Shown piece after piece: positions 49,626 to 59,455 of a stretch of 64,000 nt of DNA (positions are counted from its first letter, which is position 1; every line of letters starts with the position of its first letter). Made by a program: the position numbers and the translations under genes. The stretch is from Tepidisphaerales bacterium (GTDB lineage: Bacteria > Planctomycetota > Phycisphaerae > Tepidisphaerales > Tepidisphaeraceae): contig JBBRTW010000001.1 in NCBI GenBank assembly GCA_038244055.1, forward strand, positions 4,291-68,290. The letters run 5' to 3'. The notes under the pieces were generated by a model, which was not told where the DNA came from, did not search any database, and saw only the letters and a program-made list of their open reading frames with translations.

Positions 49626-49993
49626 AGGGCGATGTCATCGAAGCTTACTCAGCCGGTGTCGCGACGCATGGGCTGAATCCCAATGCCGTGCGGGTGATGA
49701 AAGAGGCCGGGGTCGATATTTCGGCCCATCGCTCGAAGCATGTGGATGAACTCAAAGACGTGGGTCTCGAATACGTCGTGACTGTCTGCGGCCACGCCAA
49801 TGAAAGCTGCCCGATGTGGCTGGCGAAGGGGAGTGCGAAAGTGATCCACGTCGGTTTCGACGATCCGCCCAAACTGGCGAAAGAGGCGAAAACGGAAGAA
49901 GAGGCGCTGGGGCATTATCGGCGCGTAAGGGATGAGATTCGGGCGTTCGTGGAGAGGTTGCCCGAGGCGTTGCAGAAGGCAGAAGACCGATGA
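49544..49993 (+). CDS. arsC: Arsenate reductase, LMW-PTPase (thioredoxin-coupled) type
   Basis: [20 protein letters not shown]-loop. A GTG at 49544 gives a canonical N-terminus; the alternative ATG at 49472 adds 24 residues. Confidence 0.85.
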   Translation: MRRIKVLFLCTGNSCRSQMAEGWARHLKGDVIEAYSAGVATHGLNPNAVRVMKEAGVDISAHRSKHVDELKDVGLEYVVTVCGHANESCPMWLAKGSAKVIHVGFDDPPKLAKEAKTEEEALGHYRRVRDEIRAFVERLPEALQKAEDR

Positions 49994-51110
49994 AATCCGG
50001 AATCGCAAAAAACTCTCGTTCCTCGATCGTTACCTCACGCTCTGGATTTTCCTGGCGATGGTGCTGGGTGTCCTGCTCGGTTACGCCATCCCGCAGGCGC
50101 AGGGTTTTATCGATCGGTTCAGCATCGGGACGACCAACATCCCCATCGCCATCGGCCTGATCCTGATGATGTATCCGCCTCTGGCCAAGGTGCGGTATGA
50201 GGAGATGGGGGATGTGTTTCGCAACGTCAAAGTGCTCGGATTGTCGCTGGTGCAGAATTGGGTGATCGGGCCAATCCTGATGTTTGGTTTGGCGCTGGCG
50301 TTTCTGCATCGGCCTGAGCATCAGGAATTCATGGTGGGCCTGATCATGATCGGCCTGGCGCGGTGCATCGCGATGGTCATCGTGTGGAACGAGCTGGCCA
50401 AGGAGGATAGCGAATACGCCGCGGGGCTGGTGGCCTTCAACAGCGTGTTTCAAGTGCTGTTTTACAGCGTTTATGCCTGGCTGTTCGTAACCGTATTGCC
50501 GCCGATCTTTGGCCTGTCGGGAAGCATCGTGCGCATCACCATGGGCCAGATCGCGCAGAGCGTTCTGGTTTACCTGGGCATTCCGTTCGTGGCGGGGATG
50601 TTGACTCGTCTGGCGCTGGTTAAATCCAGAGGCCGGGAGTGGTACGAGAAGAAATTCATTCCGCGGATCAGCCCGATCACGCTGATTTCGCTGCTGTTTA
50701 CCATCATCGTGATGTTCAGCATCCAGGGGCAGAAGATCGTCAAGCGGCCGTGGGATGTGGGGCTGATCGCGGTTCCGCTTTTGATCTATTTCATCGTGAT
50801 GTTCCTGATCAGTTTCTGGATGGGGAAAAAGGCCGGCGCGGATTATTCCAAGACCGCGACGATCGCCTTCACGGCGGCCAGCAATAATTTCGAACTGGCG
50901 ATCGCGGTGTCGGTGTCGGTGTTCGGGATCAATCACGGCGCGGCCTTCGCGGCGGTCATCGGCCCGCTGGTCGAGGTGCCAGCGCTGATCGGGCTGGTGA
51001 ACGTGTCGCTGTGGCTGGGCCGAAGGTATTTCGGCGTGAATGCCGCGGAAGATGGGGCGGGTAAGAAGATGGAATCGGTGCCGTGCGCGACGGTTCGCGC
51101 CGGCCGGTAG
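49932..51110 (+). CDS. acr3: ACR3-family arsenite efflux transporter
   Basis: [13 protein letters not shown]..., 10-TM pattern and an R-C-I-A-M-V conserved Cys segment. Confidence 0.9.
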   Translation: MRFGRSWRGCPRRCRRQKTDEIRNRKKLSFLDRYLTLWIFLAMVLGVLLGYAIPQAQGFIDRFSIGTTNIPIAIGLILMMYPPLAKVRYEEMGDVFRNVKVLGLSLVQNWVIGPILMFGLALAFLHRPEHQEFMVGLIMIGLARCIAMVIVWNELAKEDSEYAAGLVAFNSVFQVLFYSVYAWLFVTVLPPIFGLSGSIVRITMGQIAQSVLVYLGIPFVAGMLTRLALVKSRGREWYEKKFIPRISPITLISLLFTIIVMFSIQGQKIVKRPWDVGLIAVPLLIYFIVMFLISFWMGKKAGADYSKTATIAFTAASNNFELAIAVSVSVFGINHGAAFAAVIGPLVEVPALIGLVNVSLWLGRRYFGVNAAEDGAGKKMESVPCATVRAGR

Positions 51111-51164
51111 CTGAGATCGCATCGAATCGCTGCGCGGGACTCCGCGCGAGAGAGGATGTGGGTT

Positions 51165-51542
51165 ATGAAACAGTCATGTGGTGGACAATGTGAATCGAAT
51201 GCCCCGACGCTGGTTTTCGCCTGCTCGGGCGCTGCCGATGTCGGAGAGATTACCGATCGCGCAGCGCGGGCGCTGAGCGCATCGGGCGCGGCGAAGATGT
51301 TTTGTCTTGCGGGCATAGGCGGCCTCGTGCCGGACATGGTCGCCAAGGCCCGGGAGGCCGGGAAGCTCCTGGTGATCGATGGATGCGAGAAGAACTGCGG
51401 ATTCGAGTGTCTCGCGCGGGCCGGCCTGGGCGATCTGACCCACATCGCATTGAACGACATGGGCATGGAGAAGGGCAAATCGCCCGTGACCGAAGAGGCC
51501 GTGGCGCGAGTGGTGCAGGCCGCTCGGACGGCGCTCGTGTAA
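51165..51542 (+). CDS. DGC-domain putative zinc-binding protein
   Basis: [19 protein letters not shown]...[10 protein letters not shown] matches the DGC-domain pattern often found in ars clusters. Confidence 0.6.
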   Translation: MKQSCGGQCESNAPTLVFACSGAADVGEITDRAARALSASGAAKMFCLAGIGGLVPDMVAKAREAGKLLVIDGCEKNCGFECLARAGLGDLTHIALNDMGMEKGKSPVTEEAVARVVQAARTALV

Positions 51543-51670
51543 GCGCGCGGGCGAGTCCGCCGCCCGATGGTCGACACAAAACGGAGTGGCACTGTCAAGC
51601 TGTAAGCTTGCCAGTGGTAATTGCAATATTCGCTCGATACCGGTGGGCAGTGCCCATCCTACGGAGATTG

Positions 51671-52594
51671 ATGATGTCTGATAAAATTACCCAAGCGGTC
51701 AAGAACAAGTACGGCGATGTCGCCGCCAGCGCACTCTCGAACGATCATGCCGGCGTTCGCGCGGTGGCCGAGGCTTTTGGCTACTCGCGCGAGGAACTGG
51801 GCTCGATCCCGGCCGATGCCAACATGGGCCTCTCCTGCGGCAACCCCACCGCCATGGCCAGCCTGAAGCCCGGCGAAGTCGTCGTCGATCTCGGCTGCGG
51901 CGGCGGGCTGGATGTACTGCTCGCATCGCCGAAAGTCGGCCCGGCGGGCAAGGCAATCGGCATCGACATGACTCCTGAAATGATCGACCGCGCCCGCCGC
52001 AACGCCGCCAAAGCCGGCATCAGCAATGTCGAGTTTCACCTGGCGACCATCGACAATCTCCCCCTGGCCAGCGCCTCGGCCGATTGCGTCATCAGCAATT
52101 GCGTGATCAACCTCGCACCCAATAAGGCGGCCGTCTTCCGCGAGATTTTCCGCGTCCTCAAGCCGGGCGGGCGCGTGGCGGTGAGCGATATCGCGCTCAA
52201 GAAGGAATTGCCCGCGGAACTGGCCAGCGATTTGATGGCCTATGTCGGCTGCATCGCCGGGGCGATTCCGATCGAGGAATATCGCCGCGGGCTGATCGAC
52301 GCGGGATTCTCGGCCGTGCAGGTCGTCGACAGCGGCGCGGATCTAAACGCCTACGCCAAGGTGGAGAATCAGGCCGCCTGCTGCTCATCAACCATGACCC
52401 CGGAGCCGGCCGCCTCGTGCTGCGGCGGCGAGAGCGCGCCCAATCCAAAGAGCCTGACCCTCGCTAAAACCGGTTGTTGCGGCAAGGAAGAGCCGGCCAT
52501 CGGCACGGTGCATGAGCGCCTTGCGGGCCTTTTGAAGCAGTACGATGTGAACGATTACGCGGCCAGCGTGAAGGTGTATGCGATCAAGAGATGA
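51671..52594 (+). CDS. arsM: Arsenite S-adenosylmethionine methyltransferase
   Basis: Starts [15 protein letters not shown]. Has LSCGNP and VGCIAG cysteines, the [14 protein letters not shown] motif and a Cys-rich tail. The ORF-track start at 51302 is an upstream extension. Confidence 0.85.
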   Translation: MMSDKITQAVKNKYGDVAASALSNDHAGVRAVAEAFGYSREELGSIPADANMGLSCGNPTAMASLKPGEVVVDLGCGGGLDVLLASPKVGPAGKAIGIDMTPEMIDRARRNAAKAGISNVEFHLATIDNLPLASASADCVISNCVINLAPNKAAVFREIFRVLKPGGRVAVSDIALKKELPAELASDLMAYVGCIAGAIPIEEYRRGLIDAGFSAVQVVDSGADLNAYAKVENQAACCSSTMTPEPAASCCGGESAPNPKSLTLAKTGCCGKEEPAIGTVHERLAGLLKQYDVNDYAASVKVYAIKR

Positions 52595-53113
52595 TCAGCC
52601 GATGCACATCTCGCGCCAACCGGTCTGGGCCTGATGGACCACGCTCTCGAGCATTCGGCGCGATGGCGTCCAGCGGTTGTCGTGCTGCATCCGCGGGTCG
52701 ATATTCCAGGCCATCCGCCACTGATGGAATGCGCCGGGCGGGAGCAGGGTCAGGTGGATCGCCTGAATCTGATCCGAGCGCCGGGCGGCCGAGTATTCCA
52801 TGCTGCGGCGGATGAGCGCGCGGTCCAGTTGAATCGCGAAGTCCGCGGCCGAATGCGGCGGGATGAAAAACTCGACGGCGACCTCGATCCACGGCAATCC
52901 GCCGGCATCGAGAATCGAAGGTGCAGCGAGAAACTCGCTGACCGTCGACTTGGCGGCGCGGGCGGCATAGTCGATTGACTGATCGATCTGCCGGATCTGG
53001 GCCAGCGCGCCGAGGGGCGCGACGTTATCGGAAGTATTCGATGTCACGTGGAAATCGGGATGGCTGGGCACCGGCGCAGGCATCCTTGCATTGCGGGGTT
53101 GGTAGTTAATCAT
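52595..53113 (-). CDS. Hypothetical protein (weak resemblance to a GH3-family C-terminal domain)
   Basis: 172-188-aa ORF that converges on arsM with zero intergenic spacing (TGATCA). YSAARRSDQIQAIHLTLLPPGAF is vaguely GH3 C-terminal-like. Low certainty. Confidence 0.35.
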   Translation of the reverse strand: MINYQPRNARMPAPVPSHPDFHVTSNTSDNVAPLGALAQIRQIDQSIDYAARAAKSTVSEFLAAPSILDAGGLPWIEVAVEFFIPPHSAADFAIQLDRALIRRSMEYSAARRSDQIQAIHLTLLPPGAFHQWRMAWNIDPRMQHDNRWTPSRRMLESVVHQAQTGWREMCIG

Positions 53114-53381
53114 GCGGGCAAAGATAGGGCAGGAATCTTGAGATTGTGCGAAGGTTTGCACGGCGGCGCGCTAAGGCGGGTTTCGCAGTTTGCCACGACG
53201 TCGCGGCGATAGCGGGGGGGATCGGATCCGTAATTGCATTCGGCGTATGCCCGACATGGGATTCTGATCCTCATATGTGCAGCGCCTGGCCCACCTGCTG
53301 CACGGGCAGATCCACCTTATTGGGCTCCAGTGACGTGAGGAATTCCTGGGGTCAAATCAACACGCCCGGTCCGCGGCGGCT

Positions 53382-56075
53382 ATGAATAAAATGGAGCGCA
53401 AGCAAAGGAGCCAATCCATGGATCGAGCAACACTGGTCTGCGGGGCGATCGGGATCGTATTCTTTTTGGCGGGAACTCACCGGCTCTCCGGAGCGGAGCC
53501 CGCCGGTCCGGCGCTTAACGTGGCGGCGGCGGCGACCGCCTCGACATCGTTCGTTTCGGGCCACGAAACAATCGACGCCCTCAACGATGGCAACGCGCCC
53601 CGGGATTCCAACGACAAAAGTCACGGCGCGTATGGCAACTGGCCGCAGACCGGCAGGCAGTGGGTGCAGTACGATTGGCCGCAGGCGATCAGCACCAATC
53701 GTGTCGCGGTCTACTGGTTCGATGACAATCAGGGCGTGCGGCTGCCCAAATCCTGCACGCTGAGCTACTGGGACGGAAAACAGTTCATCCCCGTGGCCAA
53801 TTCCCGGGGCCTGGGCCTGGAAAAGAACAAGTTCAACACCACCACGTTCGACTCGATCGCCACGATGCGCCTCCGGCTGGAGATGGACGGCAGTCAGAAG
53901 TTCTCCACGGGTATCCTGGAATGGCGCGTGTACGATGATGGCAAGTCGCCCAATTTCCCGCCGGTGGCGGTGGCCGGGGCGGACCGCGTGGCCATCCTGC
54001 CGGCCAAGACGCATCTGGCCGGGCGGATCAGGGATGATGGCAAGCCCCAGGGGAAGCTATCGAGCGTCTGGAGCAAGGAATCGGGCCCCGGCGAAGTGAA
54101 GTTCGACGATGCGAACGCGCTGGCGACGACGGCCGAGTTCTCTGCGGCGGGACAGTATGTGCTCAAGCTGTCCGCCAGCGATGGACAGTTGAGCGCTTCC
54201 GACACGCTCAAGGTCAGCGTGGAGAATGCTCCACCGGCTCGCCCTCTGCAAATCATTCCAACGCGGAACTATTCGATCGAAAGTCCCTTCTGGCGGCAGC
54301 GCGCTAAGATGCTCATCGTTAACTGGATTCCATATTGTTACGATAAATGCTCCGACCCGGCCACCAAAGAAGGTGGAATCGACAACATCATCGAAGCCGG
54401 CAACAAACTCGCCGGAAAACCATTCAAGCCGCACCATGGGTATGTCTTCGCCAATGCCTGGGTGGTGAACACGCTTGAGGCGATGTGCGTGGGGATGATG
54501 GTCGATCCTCAGGGAGATGCCGACATCATCGCCGCCCAGAAGCGCATCCGCGATGGAATCGAAGACTGGATTCCCAAGCTTCTCGCGGCCCAGGAGCCCG
54601 ATGGCTATTTCCAGTCCGCCTACACCCTCAGCGGGCGTCAGCGGTGGACCAACAAACACGATCATGAGGGATACATCGCGGGTTATTTCATCGAGTCCGC
54701 CATTGCCCATCACGAGATGACCGGCCGCAAGGATACGCGCCTGTACAACGCCGCAAAAAAGATGGCCGACTGCTGGTGGGACCACATCGGCCCCGCCCCC
54801 AAGCGCGCCTGGTACGAAGGGCATCAGGAGCTCGAACTGGCGCTGGTGCGCCTGGCGCGGCATGTCGAGGAGATCGACGGCCCGGGCAGGGGGCGCAAGT
54901 ATGTGGAACTGGCCAGATTCCTGATGGACTCCCGCCGAGATGGCGCCGAGTACGACCAGAGCCACGCGCCGGCGACACAGCAGTATGAGGCCGTGGGGCA
55001 TGCGGTGCGGGCGGTCTACTCGTACACCGGCATGGCCGACATCGCCATGGAAACCGGGGACATCGATTACCACAGCGCCATCAGAAGCATCTGGAACAAT
55101 CTGATTAACAAGAAATATTATGTGACCGGCGGCGTGGGCAGCGGCGAGACGGCCGAGGGATTTGGAAAGAACTATTCGCTCCCGCAGAATGCATACAACG
55201 AATCGTGTTCCGGATGCGGCGAAGTCTTCTTCCAGCACCGGATGAACCTGATCCACCACGACGCCAGATACGCGGACCTCGTCGAGGAAACGCTCTACAA
55301 CGCGATCCTGGGAAGCGTCGATCTGGAGGCCAAGCACTTTACTTATACCAATCCCCTGGATCAGGGCCATGCTCGCTATCTGTGGCACGTTTGCCCCTGC
55401 TGCGTCGGGAACATTCCGCGCACGCTGCTTTCGCTGCCGACCTGGATGTATGCGCGCGACGAGGATGGACTGTACGTCAACCTTTTCATCGGCAGCACCG
55501 TGGACGTCGGCAGCGTCGCCGGCACGCCGGTGAAAATGATCCAGCAGACCGATTATCCCTGGAGCGGCAAGGTCGCAATCACGGTGAGGCCGGCTGAGGA
55601 AAAGCGCTTTGCCATTCGCATCCGCGTGCCGGACCGCAGCGTGAGCGAACTTTATTCCAGCGCGCCCGATTCCAATGGCATCGCATCGCTCGCGGTCAAT
55701 GGCGAGCTCGTCGCGCCGGTCATCGAGAAGGGCTACGCCGTCATCGCGCGCAACTGGAAGCCCGGCGACAAGATCGATCTGGAATTGCCGATGAAGGTGC
55801 AGCGCGTCAAGGCCATCGACAAAGTGGCCTCGTGCGCCGGGAAGGTCGCATTGCGCGTCGGCCCGCTGATCTACAGCCTGGAATCCGCTGATCAGAAGCT
55901 CGACAAGCCGCTGGTGCCCGAAAGCATGCTGACCGCGGAGTGGAGGCCGGACTTGCTGGGCGGCGTGATGGTGATCAAGGGCGCCTTCGCCGATGGCTCG
56001 CCCATGCTGGCGATCCCCAACTATGCCCGCAACAACCGCGGAGGAAAGTCGATGGTATGGGTGCGGGATCGATAG
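53382..56075 (+). CDS. Glycoside hydrolase family 127 (beta-L-arabinofuranosidase-like) with N-terminal discoidin and Ig-like domains
   Basis: The N-terminus is F5/8-type-C-like (WPQTGRQWVQYDW...VAVYWFDD). NESCSGCG and HVCPCCVGN cysteine clusters are typical of GH127/DUF1680. Confidence 0.83.
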   Translation: MNKMERKQRSQSMDRATLVCGAIGIVFFLAGTHRLSGAEPAGPALNVAAAATASTSFVSGHETIDALNDGNAPRDSNDKSHGAYGNWPQTGRQWVQYDWPQAISTNRVAVYWFDDNQGVRLPKSCTLSYWDGKQFIPVANSRGLGLEKNKFNTTTFDSIATMRLRLEMDGSQKFSTGILEWRVYDDGKSPNFPPVAVAGADRVAILPAKTHLAGRIRDDGKPQGKLSSVWSKESGPGEVKFDDANALATTAEFSAAGQYVLKLSASDGQLSASDTLKVSVENAPPARPLQIIPTRNYSIESPFWRQRAKMLIVNWIPYCYDKCSDPATKEGGIDNIIEAGNKLAGKPFKPHHGYVFANAWVVNTLEAMCVGMMVDPQGDADIIAAQKRIRDGIEDWIPKLLAAQEPDGYFQSAYTLSGRQRWTNKHDHEGYIAGYFIESAIAHHEMTGRKDTRLYNAAKKMADCWWDHIGPAPKRAWYEGHQELELALVRLARHVEEIDGPGRGRKYVELARFLMDSRRDGAEYDQSHAPATQQYEAVGHAVRAVYSYTGMADIAMETGDIDYHSAIRSIWNNLINKKYYVTGGVGSGETAEGFGKNYSLPQNAYNESCSGCGEVFFQHRMNLIHHDARYADLVEETLYNAILGSVDLEAKHFTYTNPLDQGHARYLWHVCPCCVGNIPRTLLSLPTWMYARDEDGLYVNLFIGSTVDVGSVAGTPVKMIQQTDYPWSGKVAITVRPAEEKRFAIRIRVPDRSVSELYSSAPDSNGIASLAVNGELVAPVIEKGYAVIARNWKPGDKIDLELPMKVQRVKAIDKVASCAGKVALRVGPLIYSLESADQKLDKPLVPESMLTAEWRPDLLGGVMVIKGAFADGSPMLAIPNYARNNRGGKSMVWVRDR

Positions 56076-56136
56076 GGCCCGGCCCGACTCCGCGCCCAGT
56101 CCCGCTCTCTGGCGATGGCGGCGGCTGTCACCTCGA

Positions 56137-57141
56137 TCAGCGAATTTGATGTTGGGAAAAGAACTCCCAGATCAGATCGTTCGCCACGATGTTCTTCGTG
56201 GATTTGCCGATGAACTTCACGGGCGGCGCCTGGCCGGGCCAGGTATGCCCGCCGCCTTCGATTTCATAAAGCACCACGTCCGCCCCATTCTTGCCCGCCC
56301 CGTAGATCTTCCGCGTGACCCGCGTGCCGTCCGCTACGATCTCGGGCAACTCCGTCACCTGCGGCTTGGCATCGCACCCGTTGAGCCCAACCCACAGTCC
56401 GATGGTCTGCTCCACCGATTGGAAGCGCAGGAACTTGGGCGTTTGAGCCGGTGGGCCACGAAAAGGGACGATCGTGTCGGCCGTGCCGTGGAAACAAAGT
56501 ACCGCCACCGGCCGCTTGGGATGCAGCCCCTCTTTGGCCATCGGCATGGCCATCGTTCCGGCCACCGGCGCGATGGCGGCGATACGGTCGGACAACTCCG
56601 CCCCCAGCCGCTGACACATCATCGCGCCATTGGACATCCCGGTCGCGAAAACCCGCTTGGCATCAACGTTCACCACCGTCTTGAGATCGTCCAGCATTTT
56701 GGCCGTGAACTCGACATCATCCACCGGCCCGGGCGGGTCCTGCCCGGGCTTTCCCGGCGTTCCCCAGGCATTAAAGAACAGCGCGGCGTCGCCGAAGCCC
56801 GTGCCGTTGGGATAGATCGCGATAAACCCGGCCTCATCGGATTTGGCGTTCATCCCGCAGAACGTGGTCATCATCGCCGCGTTCATCCAGGCCCCGTGAA
56901 AAACCAGGACAATCGGCGTGGGTTTGGCCCGATCGTATTGGGGCGGGATGTGAATCAGGTACGAACGCGGGAGATGATCCTGTTCCAGGCGGCGGAGATG
57001 ATCGCCCGGAGCAAGCAGTTCAGGGCGCGCGGGCCGGGTGGGGATGGGACGGGTCGCGGGAGAGGCGGCGAAAGCGGGAGATACCCAGGCGATGGCCACC
57101 ATGCCCAGCCACAGGCACGCGTGAAACGGTAGAGTTTTCAT
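56137..57141 (-). CDS. Secreted esterase, PHB-depolymerase/feruloyl-esterase (LpqC-like) family
   Basis: Signal peptide from the Met at 57141. PIVLVFHGAWMNA, YPNG and GMSNGAMM (GxSxG) motifs. Confidence 0.72.
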   Translation of the reverse strand: MKTLPFHACLWLGMVAIAWVSPAFAASPATRPIPTRPARPELLAPGDHLRRLEQDHLPRSYLIHIPPQYDRAKPTPIVLVFHGAWMNAAMMTTFCGMNAKSDEAGFIAIYPNGTGFGDAALFFNAWGTPGKPGQDPPGPVDDVEFTAKMLDDLKTVVNVDAKRVFATGMSNGAMMCQRLGAELSDRIAAIAPVAGTMAMPMAKEGLHPKRPVAVLCFHGTADTIVPFRGPPAQTPKFLRFQSVEQTIGLWVGLNGCDAKPQVTELPEIVADGTRVTRKIYGAGKNGADVVLYEIEGGGHTWPGQAPPVKFIGKSTKNIVANDLIWEFFSQHQIR

Positions 57142-57487
57142 CGTGTGATTCACCGTCAGCCTTAATTCTCGGCCGTCCCTATGCGCCGGCGTTGCGACCG
57201 GGTACAGGTTGCCGAGAGTACACTAAAACCCCATCTCCCGCCTCGTTTGGATCAACTGCCGCTGGATGTGAACACGCAGGGAATTTCGCCAAGGCAACCG
57301 GCACCGATGCCGCAATTTCCCTGCCCGATGAGACCAATCCAGCGCGAATGCTTGTGCCAACGCTTCGCCACAGCATCGGTTGAGATTACCGGCGAGCCCA
57401 ATCTACATAGCCTGCGGCAGGGTTGACCGCCGGGCCGATGGTGAGGAAAACACTGTAAAACAAGGGGAAAATGATCAATTGGCAGGG

Positions 57488-57736
57488 ATGGGCAGGACTG
57501 AGGAAACAAAGCGGGCGAAGGGGGTCGAACCCTCGACAAACCCGCTGGATTCTGCTGGAAAAGTGACTGCTTTTGACCTGGGTGGCGTGAAAGCGGCACT
57601 CGGAGAATTGGCGGAGTGCCCAATTGACCCCGACTTGACCGACGTGGCGAACGCCTGGCCGACACTGCCGGCCGCGCTCCGGGCGGGCATCGTGGCGATG
57701 GTGAATGCATCGGCCAGCAACGGGGTCAAGCCATGA
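57488..57736 (+). CDS. Small hypothetical protein (island-associated)
   Basis: The ORF ends with ...LTDVANAWPTLPAALRAGIVAMVNAS. The start is very uncertain (ATG 57380, ATG 57488 or GTG 57563). The stop overlaps the next ATG (ATGA at 57733). Confidence 0.35.
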   Translation: MGRTEETKRAKGVEPSTNPLDSAGKVTAFDLGGVKAALGELAECPIDPDLTDVANAWPTLPAALRAGIVAMVNASASNGVKP

Positions 57737-58281
57737 GTAAAGCATCAAGCCGGGGTAACGTCTTTTCAGCAGGCCATGCGCCGCCTCCAGCCTTGTTCGA
57801 TATCAAGCTCCTGGCGTTCATCCAGAAGCGCGGCGGGCGCGTCAGCGTTCGGGAGCTTTCCCGGAGCCTGGCTACCTGCCGCCATGCCGCAGATGCCCGA
57901 AGCCGTCTGGAGGCCCTGGTGGACGCCGGCATCGGCAACTGGACCTATCTCCGTCCTGGCGCCAAAGGCGGACGGCCGGCTCGGCTGTTCATCCTGACGA
58001 TTGGGCCTGGTGCGGTCGAGCCGCTGGTCATGGCGGCCAGGCAGGCATCGACGGTGCGGGGTAGCGCATACACTCGACTGATTGCCCGCGACACGGTGCG
58101 ATTCTTGAACCGCTTCGGCTGCGTGCCCTGCCGGCAAATCTCCGAGGCGCTCTCCCAAGTAACTCGCGCCTTGGACAAAGTTTCGCTCGACGACTTCCCC
58201 GCCCCCATGTTTCGCCGAACCATCCGGATGACCGCCCGAGGAAGTTTCAGCGTTGAATGGGTCAATGTGAGCCCATGGTAA
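57733..58281 (+). CDS. Hypothetical protein with probable winged-helix N-terminal domain
   Basis: LLAFIQKRGGRVSVRELSRSLA...EALVDAGIG...GGRPARLFIL is a wHTH-like pattern. It is translationally coupled to the upstream small ORF. Confidence 0.45.
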   Translation: MSKASSRGNVFSAGHAPPPALFDIKLLAFIQKRGGRVSVRELSRSLATCRHAADARSRLEALVDAGIGNWTYLRPGAKGGRPARLFILTIGPGAVEPLVMAARQASTVRGSAYTRLIARDTVRFLNRFGCVPCRQISEALSQVTRALDKVSLDDFPAPMFRRTIRMTARGSFSVEWVNVSPW

Positions 58282-58380
58282 CCATGTCGGGGAGTTACTG
58301 TTTCCGTGAGCGATTTCGACTTCGGATTGCGACACAACCACGGGCGGAGCGGGCTGGATGCCGAGTTGTGGCGGAAATGC

Positions 58381-58410
58381 GCAAACAGGCCCCGCCGCCT
58401 GTTTGCGTTT
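58381..58410 (+). terminator. Hairpin terminator candidate
   Basis: Stem gcaaacaggc-cccgcc-gcctgtttgc followed by gttt. The T-tract is weak. Confidence 0.45.
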
Positions 58411-58598
58411 CATCTCACGCGCATCCGAGGACCCGCGCCCGATTCATTGCCCTAAGCGATCAACTCGCCCTCAATGATAATTCACGCCGGCGCGGCCGAT
58501 CCGGCATGGAAATCGTCATCCTGCGCATATTGAAAAACGTGTTAGTCTATATCGGCCATTGACTTACATGAGATGAAGTATGCGCCGAATGCGCTGTC

Positions 58599-59444
58599 TT
58601 GTGTCGCATGGGTATGGCGGACGATAATCCATCCATCAATTCGAAACACTTCTCGAAGGGAAGAGCGATGCCCAGCACACCCGCCGCCAAACGTTCACCG
58701 ATTAAACAACCTTCGCGTCCGCAGGCCGGCGAAAGTTTGATGCACCAGCGCAATATGCGGTTGCTGGACATCGCCTATTTCGTCTTCCTCCCCGCGATCT
58801 TCATCATGCTCGCGGCTTTTGAGTGGCTCCGATACTGGTTCCGGGTCCCGGTTTCGCCCTGGATTCTCACCATCACGGCGTTGGTCGTCGCCACCTACTC
58901 TGCAATCCGGGGCCGAAGGATCTGGCGCGGTTTGGCCGCGCTGGAGCTCGGCCTTCGCGGCGAACGAACCGTGGGCCAGCGTTTGGAGGAGTTGCGGGCA
59001 ATGGGCTATCACGTCTTCCACGACCTGTGCGAGGACGCCTGGAATATCGACCATGTGCTGGTCGGCCCCGGCGGCGTCTTCGCGGTGGAAACCAAGACGA
59101 TTTCCAAGCCTAATGACCATGATGCCAAGGTGACCCACGACGGCGAAAAGCTCCTGGTTGATGGCTTTGAGCTCGACCGCGATCCACTCAAGCAGGCGAC
59201 GGCGGCCGCCCGCCATGTGCAGAAGGTTCTGCGAGAGCAGACGGGCCAGGATGTGAAGGTCCAAGCCGTGGTGGTATTCCCCGGATGGTTTGTCGAAGGA
59301 ACTTCACGCAGCGCGGATGTGTATGTTTCCAATGACAACTATCTGATGAAGCGATTCGAAAACGAGGGCGGTCGCCAGGTCCTCGACCCGCGCGACGTGG
59401 ATCTTTACGCGGCGGGAATCGATCGGTATCAGCGACGTACGTGA
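58599..59444 (+). CDS. Membrane-anchored NERD (nuclease-related domain) protein
   Basis: Two TM helices (LLDIAYFVFLPAIFIMLAAF, ILTITALVVATYSAI) are followed by GYHVFHDLCEDAWNIDHVLVGPGGVFAVETKT. The start is ambiguous among several Met codons. Confidence 0.72.
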   Translation: MCRMGMADDNPSINSKHFSKGRAMPSTPAAKRSPIKQPSRPQAGESLMHQRNMRLLDIAYFVFLPAIFIMLAAFEWLRYWFRVPVSPWILTITALVVATYSAIRGRRIWRGLAALELGLRGERTVGQRLEELRAMGYHVFHDLCEDAWNIDHVLVGPGGVFAVETKTISKPNDHDAKVTHDGEKLLVDGFELDRDPLKQATAAARHVQKVLREQTGQDVKVQAVVVFPGWFVEGTSRSADVYVSNDNYLMKRFENEGGRQVLDPRDVDLYAAGIDRYQRRT

Positions 59445-59455
59445 TGGGCAGAGCG

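Noticed and set aside
57509-57548. A possible tRNA gene on the minus strand (GAGGG-TTCGACC-CCCTT T-arm-like hairpin followed by CGCCCGC).
   Set aside because: No complementary 5' acceptor strand (GCGGGCG), D-arm or anticodon arm can be placed at the right distances. The spacing between the putative anticodon stem and the T-stem is wrong. I kept it only as a weak possible att remnant in the island-boundary finding.
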